In this document: piece by piece, positions 16,317 to 36,397 of the stretch | Numbering within the stretch: position 1 is the stretch's first letter | Layout: the number at the start of each line of letters is the position of its first letter | DNA from: the human T2T-CHM13v2.0 reference genome, Homo sapiens | Length of the DNA: 64,000 nt | NCBI RefSeq assembly: GCF_009914755.1 | Contig: NC_060934.1 | Reading direction: 5' to 3' (one strand) | Program-made: the position numbers and the translations under genes | The notes under the pieces: model-generated | Told to the model about the DNA's origin: nothing | Database searches by the model: none | Seen by the model: the letters and a program-made list of their open reading frames with translations, nothing else

Positions 16317-16874
16317 AAGAATTGGGTCTAACATAGAAAAGTTCTGAGTGAAACCCTGTTATTAAATTCCTCTATAATCTGGTCCCCATCTACCTTTTAA
16401 AATGTTTTCTTTCCCTCCTACATGTTGCCTACTTTCTCTCCACTGTGTATTCCTTCATGGTTTCCTGAACTATGCCCCGTTCTTTTCCATCTCACTGTTT
16501 GCCCACTTTCCTCTGCCTAAGATGTCTTTCTTCCTAACCCCTGTTTTCTCAAGTCAAAATTGTCAATATTGACTCTTCCAATAAGCCTTTAATGATCATA
16601 CTCTTTCTGTCTCTGACCCCTGACCAACCAAAAATGATTAATCTCTTCTCTGAATTTTGCTTCGTCCTTTTCTTTGATGCTGTGAGGGAAGGCACTGTGA
16701 TTTTGTATTCCCCATTGATTCCTTCTATATTGAGTGAATTAAATGTGTTCGCTGGGTAGCATTTTGATTGTGCAGAGGCCATATTCACTTTCTTTAAGCT
16801 AAATGAGAGGGAGCTAGCTGGGAGAAAGTATAGAAAAGTATCCTTAAATAGAATGGAAAGATATTCTTTAAATA

Positions 16875-18117
<1,243 letters not shown>

Positions 18118-18935
18118 TAGTAAGACATTATCGAATCAGATTTTTTGAAGTTGGAATAATTAAACATGTAGATCAGGGACAGTTAGCCATTTATCAGCTA
18201 TGCTAATGTGTTTTTCTTCTTTATTCCCTGATTCTTGGGCTAGAAGTTCTCTTTAAAATAACAGAAGTACAGGGCCTATTTTACAGAGGTGTGTTTTTGT
18301 GTAAATTACTTAGAGAGTTCATCTGTTTAGATTTTCTGTTGGTAACATTCTGAAAGTTCACTAATATATTCCTATATAAAGTATAACAATCAGGAAAGTT
18401 AAGATGTGAGTTTCCATGTATTATGTTGTCAAAAACTAAAGGTATATTAATCAATTAATAAATACCAACCATTCCTGTAATAACCGTATTTTTTAAACAG
18501 AAATGAACGTTTAGTTTTTTAAATAAAGCTTTTCTCAAATTGAATAAGAAAAGGCAGAAATTGAAAAAACAGGGGATTGTATTTGATTCCCTGGTGATTT
18601 GGCAGCCTAAAACAACCCGTTGCTTTATCTGTATCCAGGAACTCTGGAATATCTACCTTGCTTCTCTAGAAGTAAATTAGGGTATAAAGCTTGCAAGGGT
18701 CAAAAATCTGTAATTCATGGAAATAATCATAAATTGAAGTGTGAACTTAAGTAATTCAATAGCAGCATTGGTGTAGAATTTCAAAAGACCTTTTTAATGT
18801 TTAGATGCACACATCATAGCTCTCTTAGTTCTGTTATTTGCTAGTGAGAGATTATGCCATCAGCATCTCTCACAGAAACTCAATATGATTTTAAATCCAT
18901 AAACAGTTTGTTTTCCTTGATTTTAAATTTAATTA

Positions 18936-19460
<525 letters not shown>

Positions 19461-19783
19461 TTCCCTGGTTTTTAAACATAGTAAAGAAAATCTTTTTTTC
19501 TTCTTTTGATAAAATGCAAAATAGGCTCAAATTTTGTTTCTACCTTGTGTCTTTCTGTCCCTGGTTGAGGAAGGTATTGCTGGCGCCCAAGGTACCACCA
19601 CTCTTTTTCAGCTGACTACAGTAAGAGAGTGGTTTGAAATTCTGTATTTAAGAGGGATGACATTCATTGAATAAGCATGTTCCATTCCTCTGCCCCGTGT
19701 TGCAACGCTTTAGTGAAAGGGCTAAATGGAGGAAAGAAATAGAAGGCACTAGGTTCAGGATGTTTAAGAGGAATAATACTAGG

Positions 19784-20069
19784 GTTTTTTTGTGTTTTTT
19801 TGTTTGTTTTTTGTTTTTGTTTTGAGGCTGGAGTACAGTGGCGCAATCTCGGCTTACTGCAACCTCTGCCTCTGGGTTCAAGCGAGTCTCCAGCCTCAGC
19901 CTCCCCAGTAGCTGGGATTACAGGCATGCACCACCACGCCCAGCTAATTTTTGTATTTTTAGTAGAGTTGGGGTTTCATCATGTTGGCCGAGCTGGTCTC
20001 GAACTCCTGACCTCGTGATTCGTCCACCTTTGCCTCCCAAAGTGCTGGGATTACAGGCCGCGCCTGGCC
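19784..20069 (-). mobile_element. Alu (AluS) with small deletions
   Basis: TSD tactagggtttt. Confidence 0.9.
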
Positions 20070-20955
20070 AGTACTAGGGTTTTATAAATACATGGGGAAG
20101 ATGGAAGAAATCTGCTTTATCTAATAAAATAGTTCATGAAAGGGGACTGAGCTTGCAGGAGAGATTTAATATTGGTATAGTAGAAGCACTGTAATGTAGC
20201 TCCAGGCCTAGAAATCAGGAGACCTGGACTCTACCCCTTACTGTGACGTTCTGAACAAGTTACTTCAGCCTCCTAGAGTGCAGTTTCTTCTGGTAACTTT
20301 GGACAATTTAAAGCTATATGCAAATGTGAGCAGCAGCTTTGGTACAAGGAAGACACTGTTGATTGACATAGATGACTTTTGGAACTCAAAGTGCTCTTGC
20401 TTTTATGTTCCCATTAATTCAGCACACATTTACTGAGGCATACAAGATACCCAGCTAGGTGTTGTATCCCATTTTACTATATCAGCTCTTCTCTAATCCA
20501 ATTTGCTACCTTCATCTGAATTTTTTCATTGATTGAACTTCTATAATAACTGTAGTAAAGGACATCCTTAAAGAATGTTTGAAATATGTGGTTAATTCTG
20601 ACTGTGGCTTGTTTTGTTTAGAAGAGTGCTACCCTTATGCTGTACCTAACATTTAAAGTTAATAAGAATCTAAAAGAAAATTGTGCTTAAAAAAAATTGA
20701 CAGCTTTAATCAGCAGAGTTTTTATTTGATTCTGAAAACATAATTTTTAGATTTCTAGAAATACATGCTACTCACAATAGAGGATATTGAATGAAAGAAT
20801 TTAATCTTTCACCCTTTCAGTCGTTCTCATAACTTCATACCCTTTAGACCATGATACTGAGGCCCATACAGCTATTCTCTGTCTTTCATCAACAGGAATG
20901 AATAAAAGTTGGTATACTAGGGAGAAGAAGAATGAGGGTTAAGATTATTAGAATG

Positions 20956-21279
<324 letters not shown>

Positions 21280-21589
21280 TTATTTATGCCTTTGTATTTG
21301 CAAATTTGAAATACTATATATTTTTCCCTTAGCACTTACTAAGGGGGAAAAAAATGAATTAAAATGGCAGGACTACAGATAAATTATTGTCACCATTTTA
21401 ATAAGCATAATAATCAAATTGATTCTAAACCTCTCTACTAGTTTTTAACATTTGCTTTAATTTTGTCTTTATCTAATGAAGATCATTATTATTTGTATTA
21501 TTTTTCTTAATGTTAATCATGTCCTCATTTGTAGCATTTAGACTTCCAAGAATATAATGGTAGATATTTATTTCAAATTTTTTGAGTTA

Positions 21590-22015
<426 letters not shown>

Positions 22016-22086
22016 TCATCTGATAGTCCCAGGAATAGCAATCATTTAAGGCATACATTTTTTAAAAAATGTAACTTTTGTTTCAG

Positions 22087-22247
22087 ACCTCTTAAGTCAT
22101 GAAAATGCAGCAACGCTGAATGATGTAAAGACATTGGTCCAGCAACTATACACCACACTGTGCATTGAGCAGCACCAGTTAAACAAGGAAAGGGAGCTTA
22201 TTGAAAGACTAGAGGATCTCAAAGAGCAGCTGGCTCCCCTGGAAAAG
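22087..22247 (+). CDS. MCU: MCU coding exon 5 (linker helix and coiled-coil 1)
   Basis: ttttgtttcag|AC and AAG|gtaaaa; 161 nt, phase 1-0. Encodes DLLSHENAATLNDVKTLVQQLYTTLCIEQHQLNKERELIERLEDLKEQLAPLEK. Confidence 0.97.
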
Positions 22248-22588
22248 GTAAAACTTCCAATCTCAGGTTTTTTACCTTAACCTGTATTTTTTCCAGAGCA
22301 TATATGTTTCTGTTTTTTCTTGTAAGTTTTATGCAATTGAGTCATGTCAATCAAGTTAGTTCTTTAGTTTATGGGACTGAACCATAAAAAAGTTTAAGTC
22401 AAAGCTAAGAAAGGGCTTGAAAAGGAATCATTTGGAGCCTTGATAATGGACTTAGAGCTTTCAGTTCTAAATGCACTGCCCTTAACCAGATTTACCACCT
22501 TTAAAATTAAGATCAGAATAACTGCTGATCAGGAAAGGCTCTTGAGTATAGTGGATAATGATTTTAGCCAAGTTAAGAATGAATATTA

Positions 22589-23239
<651 letters not shown>

Positions 23240-23614
23240 TATATAGAATATTATGCAACTATTAAAGGGACTATATAGATTTAATTTGCCATAGAAACCA
23301 AATTATAAAATAGTGTGCATACTATGATCCAATTTTTAAATGTGTTATATATATACCTATACGCATTTATATATATACATACACAGAGAAAGAAATCAGA
23401 AGGAATACATTCCAAAATACTAGTACAGTAGTCGGGTTATGACTGATTTTTCTTTACACTTTTCTGAATGTTTACAATGAACATATGTTACCTTTATTTT
23501 TTTCTATGATATTTCAATTTTAAGAAATCAGATTATAAGGAGTAAGGAAGGGAACAAATACTCTTAGTATTTTGCATTTTCTGATTCCTGAAAAATAATT
23601 TTCATCATTTATAG

Positions 23615-23964
<350 letters not shown>

Positions 23965-24297
23965 TTTACCTATATTTTCTTATTTAATCTTTGGAACAAC
24001 TCTTTAATGAAGTTAATGGTGATTTGCAGATCAACGCTCTGAATTGAGCTGCTTTAAATCCAGAGTCCATATTCTGCCCCTAGTATACCACTGGAGTTAA
24101 AACTGAGAATAGATTAAATCGTGTATGCAACAGTGAAAGAATATAGGTAGGTGTGCATTTCCCTCTTTCAGAGAAGATAATCTTGTGACTGGATGAAGAC
24201 CTCTTGAAACTGAGTTATTCATGCCCATATTTCCACCCACTTCTAGGTTGAAACATAAAATACAAATGCCCTGAATAGTAGTTGTATGTATATATAT

Positions 24298-24583
24298 TTT
24301 TTTCAAGGGGGTTTCATTCTGTTACCCAGGCTGGAGTGCAGTGGTGTGATCTTGGCTCACTGCATCCTCCAGTTCCTGGGCTCAAGCGATTCACCCACCC
24401 CAGCCTCCCGATAGCTGGGACTACAGGGATGTGCCACCATGCCCTGCTGATTTTTGTATTTTTTGTAGAGATGGGATTTCGCCATGTCGCCCAGGCTGGT
24501 CTTGAACTCCTGGGCTCAAGCAAGCTTCCCGCCTTGGCCTACCAAAATGCTGGGATTACAGATGTGAGCCACTGCACCTGGCC
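24298..24583 (-). mobile_element. Alu (AluJ-like)
   Basis: Antisense dimer about 180 bp upstream of exon 6. Confidence 0.9.
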
Positions 24584-24760
24584 TAAGATATTTTATTCAG
24601 TGAAAACTGCAGATACTATTTAGGAAGACAAGCTATATTTACTAGAATTGAGACTTGTGTCTTGATGATGAGCCCTGTTTCTTTAGTGAACATAGAACAG
24701 TTTAAGCCTTTTTAGATTGGTTTTATGTCAAAATGCCTTATGATTATGTGTGCCCAATAG

Positions 24761-24964
24761 GTACGAATTGAGATTAGCAGAAAAGCTGAGAAGAGGACCA
24801 CTTTGGTGCTATGGGGTGGCCTTGCCTACATGGCCACACAGTTTGGCATTTTGGCCCGGCTTACCTGGTGGGAATATTCCTGGGACATCATGGAGCCAGT
24901 AACATACTTCATCACTTATGGAAGTGCCATGGCAATGTATGCATATTTTGTAATGACACGCCAG
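24761..24964 (+). CDS. MCU: MCU coding exon 6 (TM1, WDIMEP selectivity filter, TM2)
   Basis: aatag|GTA and CAG|gtaaga; 204 nt, phase 0-0. Encodes [74 protein letters not shown] at 24881-24898 is W260-P265. Confidence 0.99.
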
Positions 24965-25514
24965 GTAAGAATTCTCTTCAAGTAACTTTTTATGAGATAG
25001 TAATAAAGTTTTGATTGTCAAAAGAGTTCTTTTTTCTCATCTTCTAAAGCCAGTTTTCTTTAAGTACTCATCCTTTACACATACACACACATGTGCCACT
25101 TGTGTATTAGGCAATATTCTAAGCAAGTGCTGTAGATGGAGAGGTAGATATAAGACATGACTTCCACCCTCATGGAGCTCACAAACTATTAAGAAAGCCA
25201 TGTAGACCATTAAATTCAGAGAAATATACTACAGTAAGGTATAGAATAAGTGGACAAAGGAGCAGAATGATCAGCTGTAGGATAACCTGTTCAGCTGTGT
25301 TGCTTGGCTTTTTAAGTACTGTGGGAAAAGTCCCATGCTTTTTATTTTTATTGAGTTTTTGGAATGGAGAATTGGTGATAACTAATCAAATACTTAAACT
25401 AAACTCAGAAATCCTCCTAAGTATGTTGAAAGGAAAGGTGTTGTTGTTGTTGTTGTTTCCATTATGGAAGAGAGCTGAGAATTAGATACCTAATTACTTA
25501 ATACTCAAGTCTAT

Positions 25515-27575
<2,061 letters not shown>

Positions 27576-28389
27576 GATTTATTCTTTATCAACCGAGGCT
27601 CCTTTATTGAATACCAGTATCTAGAACTAATTTTTATTGTCAGTGCCGTTTTAAATATCTTGGAATTCCAGTGTCACTTTAGGAAGTATGAAGATTTAGC
27701 ATTACTTTCAGTTATTATTATAATATACCATCATAGATCCAACCTAGCACTCCCTTTAATATCAAATATTTGAAATACCTGAGACATCGGAAAAGCTTTT
27801 TCTGTTTTCTTAGTTATCAGAAGAAAGCTGAGAGTTGCATCTCATATTTAATATGGCTGCTATTGAACATACGCATTTTCTTTCTGTTGTTAGATTAGTG
27901 GTCACAGCCTATTTGTGTTTGGGGAAATGATAGCACAAGAATGTTATTTAACTTTTCTTGGCCTCCCAAATGTGTCTAATAGAGAAGAAAGTAAACTGTT
28001 TTATGTCTTACAATTGCTTGCCCAGAATTTTTAGCACCTAGTTGCATGTCTGGCTCATACTAGTCACTGTGAACGAACTGAACAGTCACATCATTCTTAT
28101 CTGATCACAGCTCTGGGCATGGATAACAACCATGTTTTCAGCCAAACACTAATATTTTTCCAGTTATACCTTGAATCTAAAGATCACCCTTGATATATCT
28201 CTTGCTGATTAATTGGGTACAAAATAGTGGTATTTCCTTGTGGACTTTCCATTTCCTTGATTACTGAAGAGGTGAAGCATTCTTTCCACTGTGAGATACC
28301 CATACCTTTTGCTTGGTCATTACTATTAAGTACGTTTTGCTAAGCCTAATTATGTGTCCAGCATTTTACATCTAGTAACATAAGTACAT

Positions 28390-28560
28390 CTATTCACATA
28401 TTTAATCTCAACCCTATAAGTATTAATATATCGCCATTCCATAGATGAGGAAACTGAGTCTCCAAGAGGATAAGTAATCTGCCCAAACATTATATCTAGT
28501 ACACTGTAGGACAAGGAATTGAATCCAGATTTGTGTGGCTCTGTAGGCTGCTCACTTTCC
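28390..28560 (-). mobile_element. MIR
   Basis: Core motif atagatgaggaaactgagtct...aagtaatctgcccaa. Confidence 0.65.
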
Positions 28561-30301
28561 ACTCAATTATGCTGCCTTCTGTTGACTTCATTTATGAGGA
28601 GTAACTTTTGAAAACTATAATTAGAATAGATACAGAATAGAAATAAAAATATATTGGGGAAATAATTATTACTTCTTACAAAGGGCTGTTTTGTAAATGT
28701 TTTCTGTATTAGACTTGAATACAGTGTTACCACTTTCTCCCTTCTCGTCATGCTGTAGAATCTTTAATGCCCTACCTGTCCTACTAGTTAAATGCTCCAT
28801 TCTGTGATTACCAAAATAGTCTTGCTGCCCCCAAGTGACAAGTTGCAAAATAGCAGTAGTAAATAATTTAGTCACTATTCACTTATGAATAGGAAAACAG
28901 TGACCAAATAAAATGTAAATAGTTTTCATATTAAATATTTTTACTAACATACCCATCTTATTACCTCTGAAGCAAATGCCTGTTCAATGGCATTTAAACT
29001 CTTCTAAACTGCTGTTACTATGAGTTGCTGTACTTGTTAACAGTCTAAATATATCCCAATAGTATGTTAAGTTCCAAAGAATCTTTTTAAGATGGCAAGC
29101 TCCTTGAAATCATAAAATCAAATGGAATATTGAGTTTTGCTGATTAATATTTCAGTAGAACCTGAGTACTGATTTCTATTATGTGGAAAAGGAGCTGGGC
29201 AGTAAGACTTGCCTGTGGGAGCTGTGTCAGCGTGCAGGTGGACCAGCCGTCCCACCATCTGGCCCATGCCTTTTCAATGAAGGGGATGATGTTGCCTCAT
29301 AGGAGTGAGCATTGATTCTTGGGGAGTAAAAACATATTGCATATTATAATGCATAAACAGATAAACAGTATATTAAACCTCCTGTGGGAAGGAGGAGTAA
29401 TCAGGAAAAAAATGCCTTAAAAAGCTACTTAGGGTGGCAATAATGAAAAAAGTGTTGATAAATAGTGACCTAGCCTTTAATACCCTTTACCTCCTCAATT
29501 CCAATAACCGTCATTTATATTGTACTCCGGCAAACCACTTCAATGGCTGTTCAGGGCCTTCTTTCCTAGAACTGTCCCACTTATAATATAAATTAGTATG
29601 TTAATTTCTGATAATTTATTTTCTTTCTAGACCTTTTATTCACTCACTCACTCCTTTGACCTCATCCAGACCTTTAAGCTACTGGCATCTTTCCCTTAAC
29701 TTTTTACTGTCACCTTCCTCCTGTATCACTTCCTTTTCTATCCAATTTAAACTGTGTTGCCATTCTCTTCTTAGTATGCTACCATCCCTGCCCTTTTGTC
29801 TTTTACAGTATGTACTCTATAAACTCCTAATATTGGACTAATCTAGACCTTTATCCTATCTATATCTAGGCTATTAAATATTACTAGAGAGAAAGCATGT
29901 CATAGTGTAGAATGGGCCACTGCTTGTGTTTTTAATCATATTTTCTTCCCTCATATCCCCATAGTAGTTATTCTAAGACTTCACATCAAGATCCCCATCC
30001 CACCCTTAACCTTCTCCTAGAAAATTGAAGTTAACAGTTAGAAGCTTTCTAATTCTTAAAACTGTAAATGCAACTGTATCTGTACTGAATTTTACACGAT
30101 TTCCATCAAATTCCAAGAAGAGGTGGCATTTTCCTATTTAGGGCTAGCCCCTCCACATGTTCTTAATCCCATTCCTTCCTCCTAGTATCTTATTCCAGTT
30201 TCTTTTTTGTGTTCCCTGTGTTTTTAACCTCTCCCTCTGTGACTTTCTTTCTTTCCTAACAAAACTGTCTGCATCTTCTCTCACTTAGTATCAAATCACA
30301 G

Positions 30302-30600
30302 TTTTTTTTTTTTTTTTTTGAGACAGGGTTTTACTCTGTCTCCTAGGCTAGAATGCAGTGGCATAATCACAGCTCACTGAAGCATCTACCTCTCAGACCC
30401 AAGCAATTCTCCCACCTCAGCCTCATGAGTACCTGAGACCATAGGCATGTGCCACCATGCCCAGCTAATTTTTTAAATATTTTGTAGACAGGGTTTCCCT
30501 ACATTGCCCAGGCTGGTCTCAAACTCCTGAGCTCCAGTGATCCTCCGCCTCAGCCTCTCAAAATACTAGGATTACAGGCATGAGCCACTGCACTTAGCCC
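30302..30600 (-). mobile_element. Alu (AluJ)
   Basis: TSD aaatcacag. Confidence 0.92.
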
Positions 30601-31491
30601 AAATCACAGAAATTTTAGAATAGAGTCTAGCACATAGTTGCTCAGTAAATGATTGTTGCCCGAAAGAGGAAGCACAGAAAGATTTGAATAAACTTAGTGT
30701 GTATATTTGCATCCTAAGCAAACATAGGTGAATAGCCTAGTAGCAGCATGTTAGATGAATGTAGAGGGCTTTCCCTCAAGTTCTTAATCCACTAATTATC
30801 CCTTCAGTTGATTCAGACCTCGATTTTATTCATTTTAAAAAGGCTTCCACAAACCCTTTAGCTATCAGTCATCCAATATCTATTATCTATCATCATCAAT
30901 AACTAAATATTTACTCTGGTTCTAGTTGTGGCATACTAGGCAATCAATCAGTCCTTCCACCAAGAAAAGTTAGAATTGTTAGACAAAACATAATACACAT
31001 CTGTTTAAAGATACTAGAGAACTAACAAAATAGCAAAAATTGCTAGGTAAGGGTCTAAATAAGAGGAGTCCCAGGAAGATGAGACTAGTATTTAGGTGTG
31101 CTTTTTCCTCTGGGGATTTATGCTAATTGAGGAGAGTATAGTGGAGAGGCCAAGAAGCTGAGCCACACTTGTTAGCCTAGAGGAACCAAAGCCTTAGAGA
31201 TTGGTGTCTAATGATCACTAAAGTAGGCGAAACAGAAACCATCTTGCTTTGATTTGGAACCTGTAAAGGCTACCATTGTAGAATAAGGATTCACCTAGTA
31301 TAGGCTCTTTCAGGTACTGTAGCTCATCTTTCATTCATCTCAATCCTGTAAATTAGATTGAGGTAGTCCTGGAATACTGGTAATCCCCGAGTGCTGATGC
31401 TCACAGGTTTCATGCAGAAGCAAACATAAATCATCCCTGGGAGGAGATAACATTATTCTAAACCTTAAATTATTTCTACAAATAATTTTGC

Positions 31492-31831
<340 letters not shown>

Positions 31832-32313
31832 TAAAAATAAGCAGATACACAATACCTACAGAAACAATAGACATTACAAACAGACACAAGGACTCCAGAT
31901 ATTGGTATTATCAGACATAGCCTTTAAAATAATTATACTTACTATATTCAGGGAGATAAACAACAAGGTTGAGAATATTGGCAGATAACTTGATTTTTTG
32001 TTTAAAGAACCCATTGAAAAATTTTAGAAGTGAAATATAATGGATGGGTTTAATAGCAGATTAGACATAACAAAAGACAGAAATAGTGACCTTGAGTAAG
32101 GCACAAGAAACTATTCAAAATGAAGTGTGCAGATACAGAAAGATGTAAAATATAGGAAAGGGTAAGAGACACAGTATACAGTGGAAAGGCCTAATATGTA
32201 TTTAATTTTATTGGAGTCTCAGAAGGAGAAGAGAAAGAGGATGGGAAGAAACAATATTTAAATAAAGAGTTAATGGCTGAGAATTTTCCAAAATGATGAA
32301 AGACATCCATTTA

Positions 32314-32759
<446 letters not shown>

Positions 32760-33131
32760 TCAAAGGAGTCCCTGTTAGACTGAATGCTGACTTCTCAATA
32801 GCAGCAATGAAAGCCAAAGACAATGGAATAGTATCTTCAATTTCTAGAAAGAAAATAACTGTCATCTTAGACTTCTATACTCAGCAAAAAATATCTTTCC
32901 AAAATAAAGACATTTTCAGACAGAGAATTTGTCACCATCAGATCTGCACTAAAGGAGATACTGAAAGATGTTCTTTGGGCAGAAGAAAGATTATCACACG
33001 TGAAAAGTCGGAAAAGCAGAAAGGAATAAAGAGCAACAAAAATGGTAAACCTGTGAGTGATGAGTCTAAACTAATATTAAATGTATAAACAATAATAAAC
33101 TCTTATGGAATTTAAAATATAGAGAGAATTA

Positions 33132-33505
<374 letters not shown>

Positions 33506-34123
33506 CTAATATTCCTTCATTGTCTGGGAATAAGGTAGAAGTACCGCTCCTATTCACCTTTGAAGAGGAGGCCCTAGCCAGTGCAGAAGGCAAGAACAGA
33601 ATATGAAAGATACAAAGATTGGAAAGAAAGAAAACTGACACTTACAGATTTTGTACATGAAAAAATACAGAAGAAATGTACAGATAATTGGTTAGGATCC
33701 ATAAGTGAGTTTCATAAGGTTATTGGATACAAGATCAATGTATGTAAATCAATTGCGTTTCTATATTGCTAGCAACAAATGGTTAGAAAATGAAAATATT
33801 TAAAGCTGCACCTTAAAATTACTTTTAAAAATACATAGACCACACGTAGAAGGCAAAGCGGGGGGGGGGAAACCCTAGAAATATATGTATAAAAAATGTA
33901 TAAGACTCTATCCAAAAATGTCAGTTCTACTCAACTGATCCATTAGATTCAGTACAATCCCAGTTAGTCAAAAACCCAACAGATTTGGGGATTGGGGAAG
34001 AGATTTGAATAGACTGCTTCTAAAACGGTATGAAAATGTAAAAGACTAAGAAAAGCCATTAAACTCTTGAAGAAAAACTGGGTAAGAGGATTTGCTCTAT
34101 TAGATATGAAGACTACAGCTTTA

Positions 34124-34524
<401 letters not shown>

Positions 34525-34788
34525 GATGGCCCTACAAAGAAAGGAGAGTCTTTTTCAATAAATGGTGCTAGGACAATTAAATACCTATATTAAAAAATGA
34601 AATAACCCCATTTTATACTATAAACAAAAATAAATTCCAGGTGGATTGTAGATCTAAATGTGATAGGTAATGTATAGCTATTCTCTTATAGCTCCTATAA
34701 GAGAATATCTTAATGACTGTAGAATAGAGAATGATTTCTTACACGGAATGAAAAGCACTAACCATACAGGATAAGAGTGATAAAGTAA

Positions 34789-34904
34789 GCCAGGCACTGT
34801 GGTGTATGCCTGTAATCACAGCTACTTGGGAGGCTGAGATGGGAGGATCGCTTGAACCCAGGAGTTTGAGGCCAGCCAACATAGCAAGATCCCATCTCAC
34901 AAAA
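34789..34904 (+). mobile_element. Alu monomer (FLAM/FAM-like)
   Basis: Single arm; approximate TSD aagag(t/aat)gataaa. Confidence 0.8.
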
Positions 34905-35328
34905 GAGAATGATAAATTAGACTACATTAAATTAATATCTGTTTATTAACACCATGAAGAGGGTAAATAGGCTGGAAGGAGATACTTGCAGTATGTATAC
35001 CCTACAAAGGATCTATATCCAGAATATATAAACAAATTCTACAAATCAGTAAGAAAGTGACAGACTCCACTAGAAAAAATGGCAAGATATCTGAACAGGC
35101 ACTTCTAATAGAAGATATGCAAATGGCCAATAATAGATTAAATGGAAAGGCCTCAGCCTCTTAGTGATCAGGAAAATGCTGTGTATCTCCAAGAGAAATG
35201 AAAATGTACATCCACACAAAAACTTGTACACAAGTGTTCACAGCAGGATTGTACATAATAGCCCCAACGTGGAAACAACCCAAATGCTATCAGCTGAGGA
35301 ATGGATAAATAAAATGTGGCATAATTAT

Positions 35329-36397
35329 TGTTGTGGGAAGTCAGGGACCCCAAACGGAGGGACCGGCTGAAGCCATGGCAGAAGAACGTGGATTGTGAAG
35401 ATTTCATGGACATTTATTAGTTCCCCAAATTAATACTTTTATAATTTCTTACGCCTGTCTTTAGTGCAGTCTCTAAACACAAATTGTGAAGGTTTCATGG
35501 ACACTTATCACTTCCCCAGTCAATACCCTTGTGATTTCCTCTGCCTGTCTTTACTTTAATCTCTTAATCCTGTCAGCTGAGGAGGAAGTATGTCACCTCA
35601 GGACCCTGTGATAATTGCATTAACTGCACAAATTGTAGAGCATGTGTGTTTGAACAATATGAAATCTGGGCACCTTGAAAAAAGAACAAGATAACAGCAA
35701 TTGTTCAGGGAATAAGAGAGATAACCTTAAACTCTGACCGCCAGTGAGCCAGGTGGAACAGAGCCATATTTCTCTTCTTTCAAAAGCAAATGGGAGAAAT
35801 ATCGCTGAATTCTTTTTCTCAGCAAGGAACATCCCTGAGAAAGAGAATGCACCCCTGAGGTTGGGTCTCTAAAATGGCCCCCTTGGGTGTGGCCGTCTTC
35901 TATGGTCGAAACTGTAGGGATGAAATAAACCCCGGTCTCCCATAGCGCTCCCAGGCTTATTAGGAAGAGGAAATTCCCACCTAATAAATTTTGGTCAGAC
36001 CAGTTGCTCTCAAACCCTGTCTCCTGATAAGATGTTATCAATGACAATGGTGCCCGAAACTTCATTAGCAATTTTAATTTTACCCCGGTCCTGTGGTCCT
36101 GTGATCTCGCCCTGCCTCCATTTGCCTTGTGATATTCTATTACCTTGTGATGTATGTGATCTCTGTGACCCACACCCTATTCGTACACTCCCTCCCCTTT
36201 TGAAAGTCCCTAATAAAAACTTGCTGGTTTTGCGGCTTGTGGGGCATCACGGAACCTACCGACATGTGATGTCCCCCCCGGACGCCCAGCTTTAAAATTT
36301 CTCTCTTTTGTATTCTGTCCCTTTATTTCTCAAACTGGCCAACGCTTAGGGAAAATAGAAAAGAACCTACGTGACTATCAGGGCAGATTCCCCGATA
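35329..36397 (+). mobile_element. MER11 (probably MER11C) HERV-K/HML-8 solo LTR
   Basis: Begins tgttgtgggaagtcagggaccccaaacggagggaccggctgaagccatggcagaagaac and ends ttccccgata; 1069 bp; TSD attat/actat; AATAAA 36212-36217. Confidence 0.9.
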
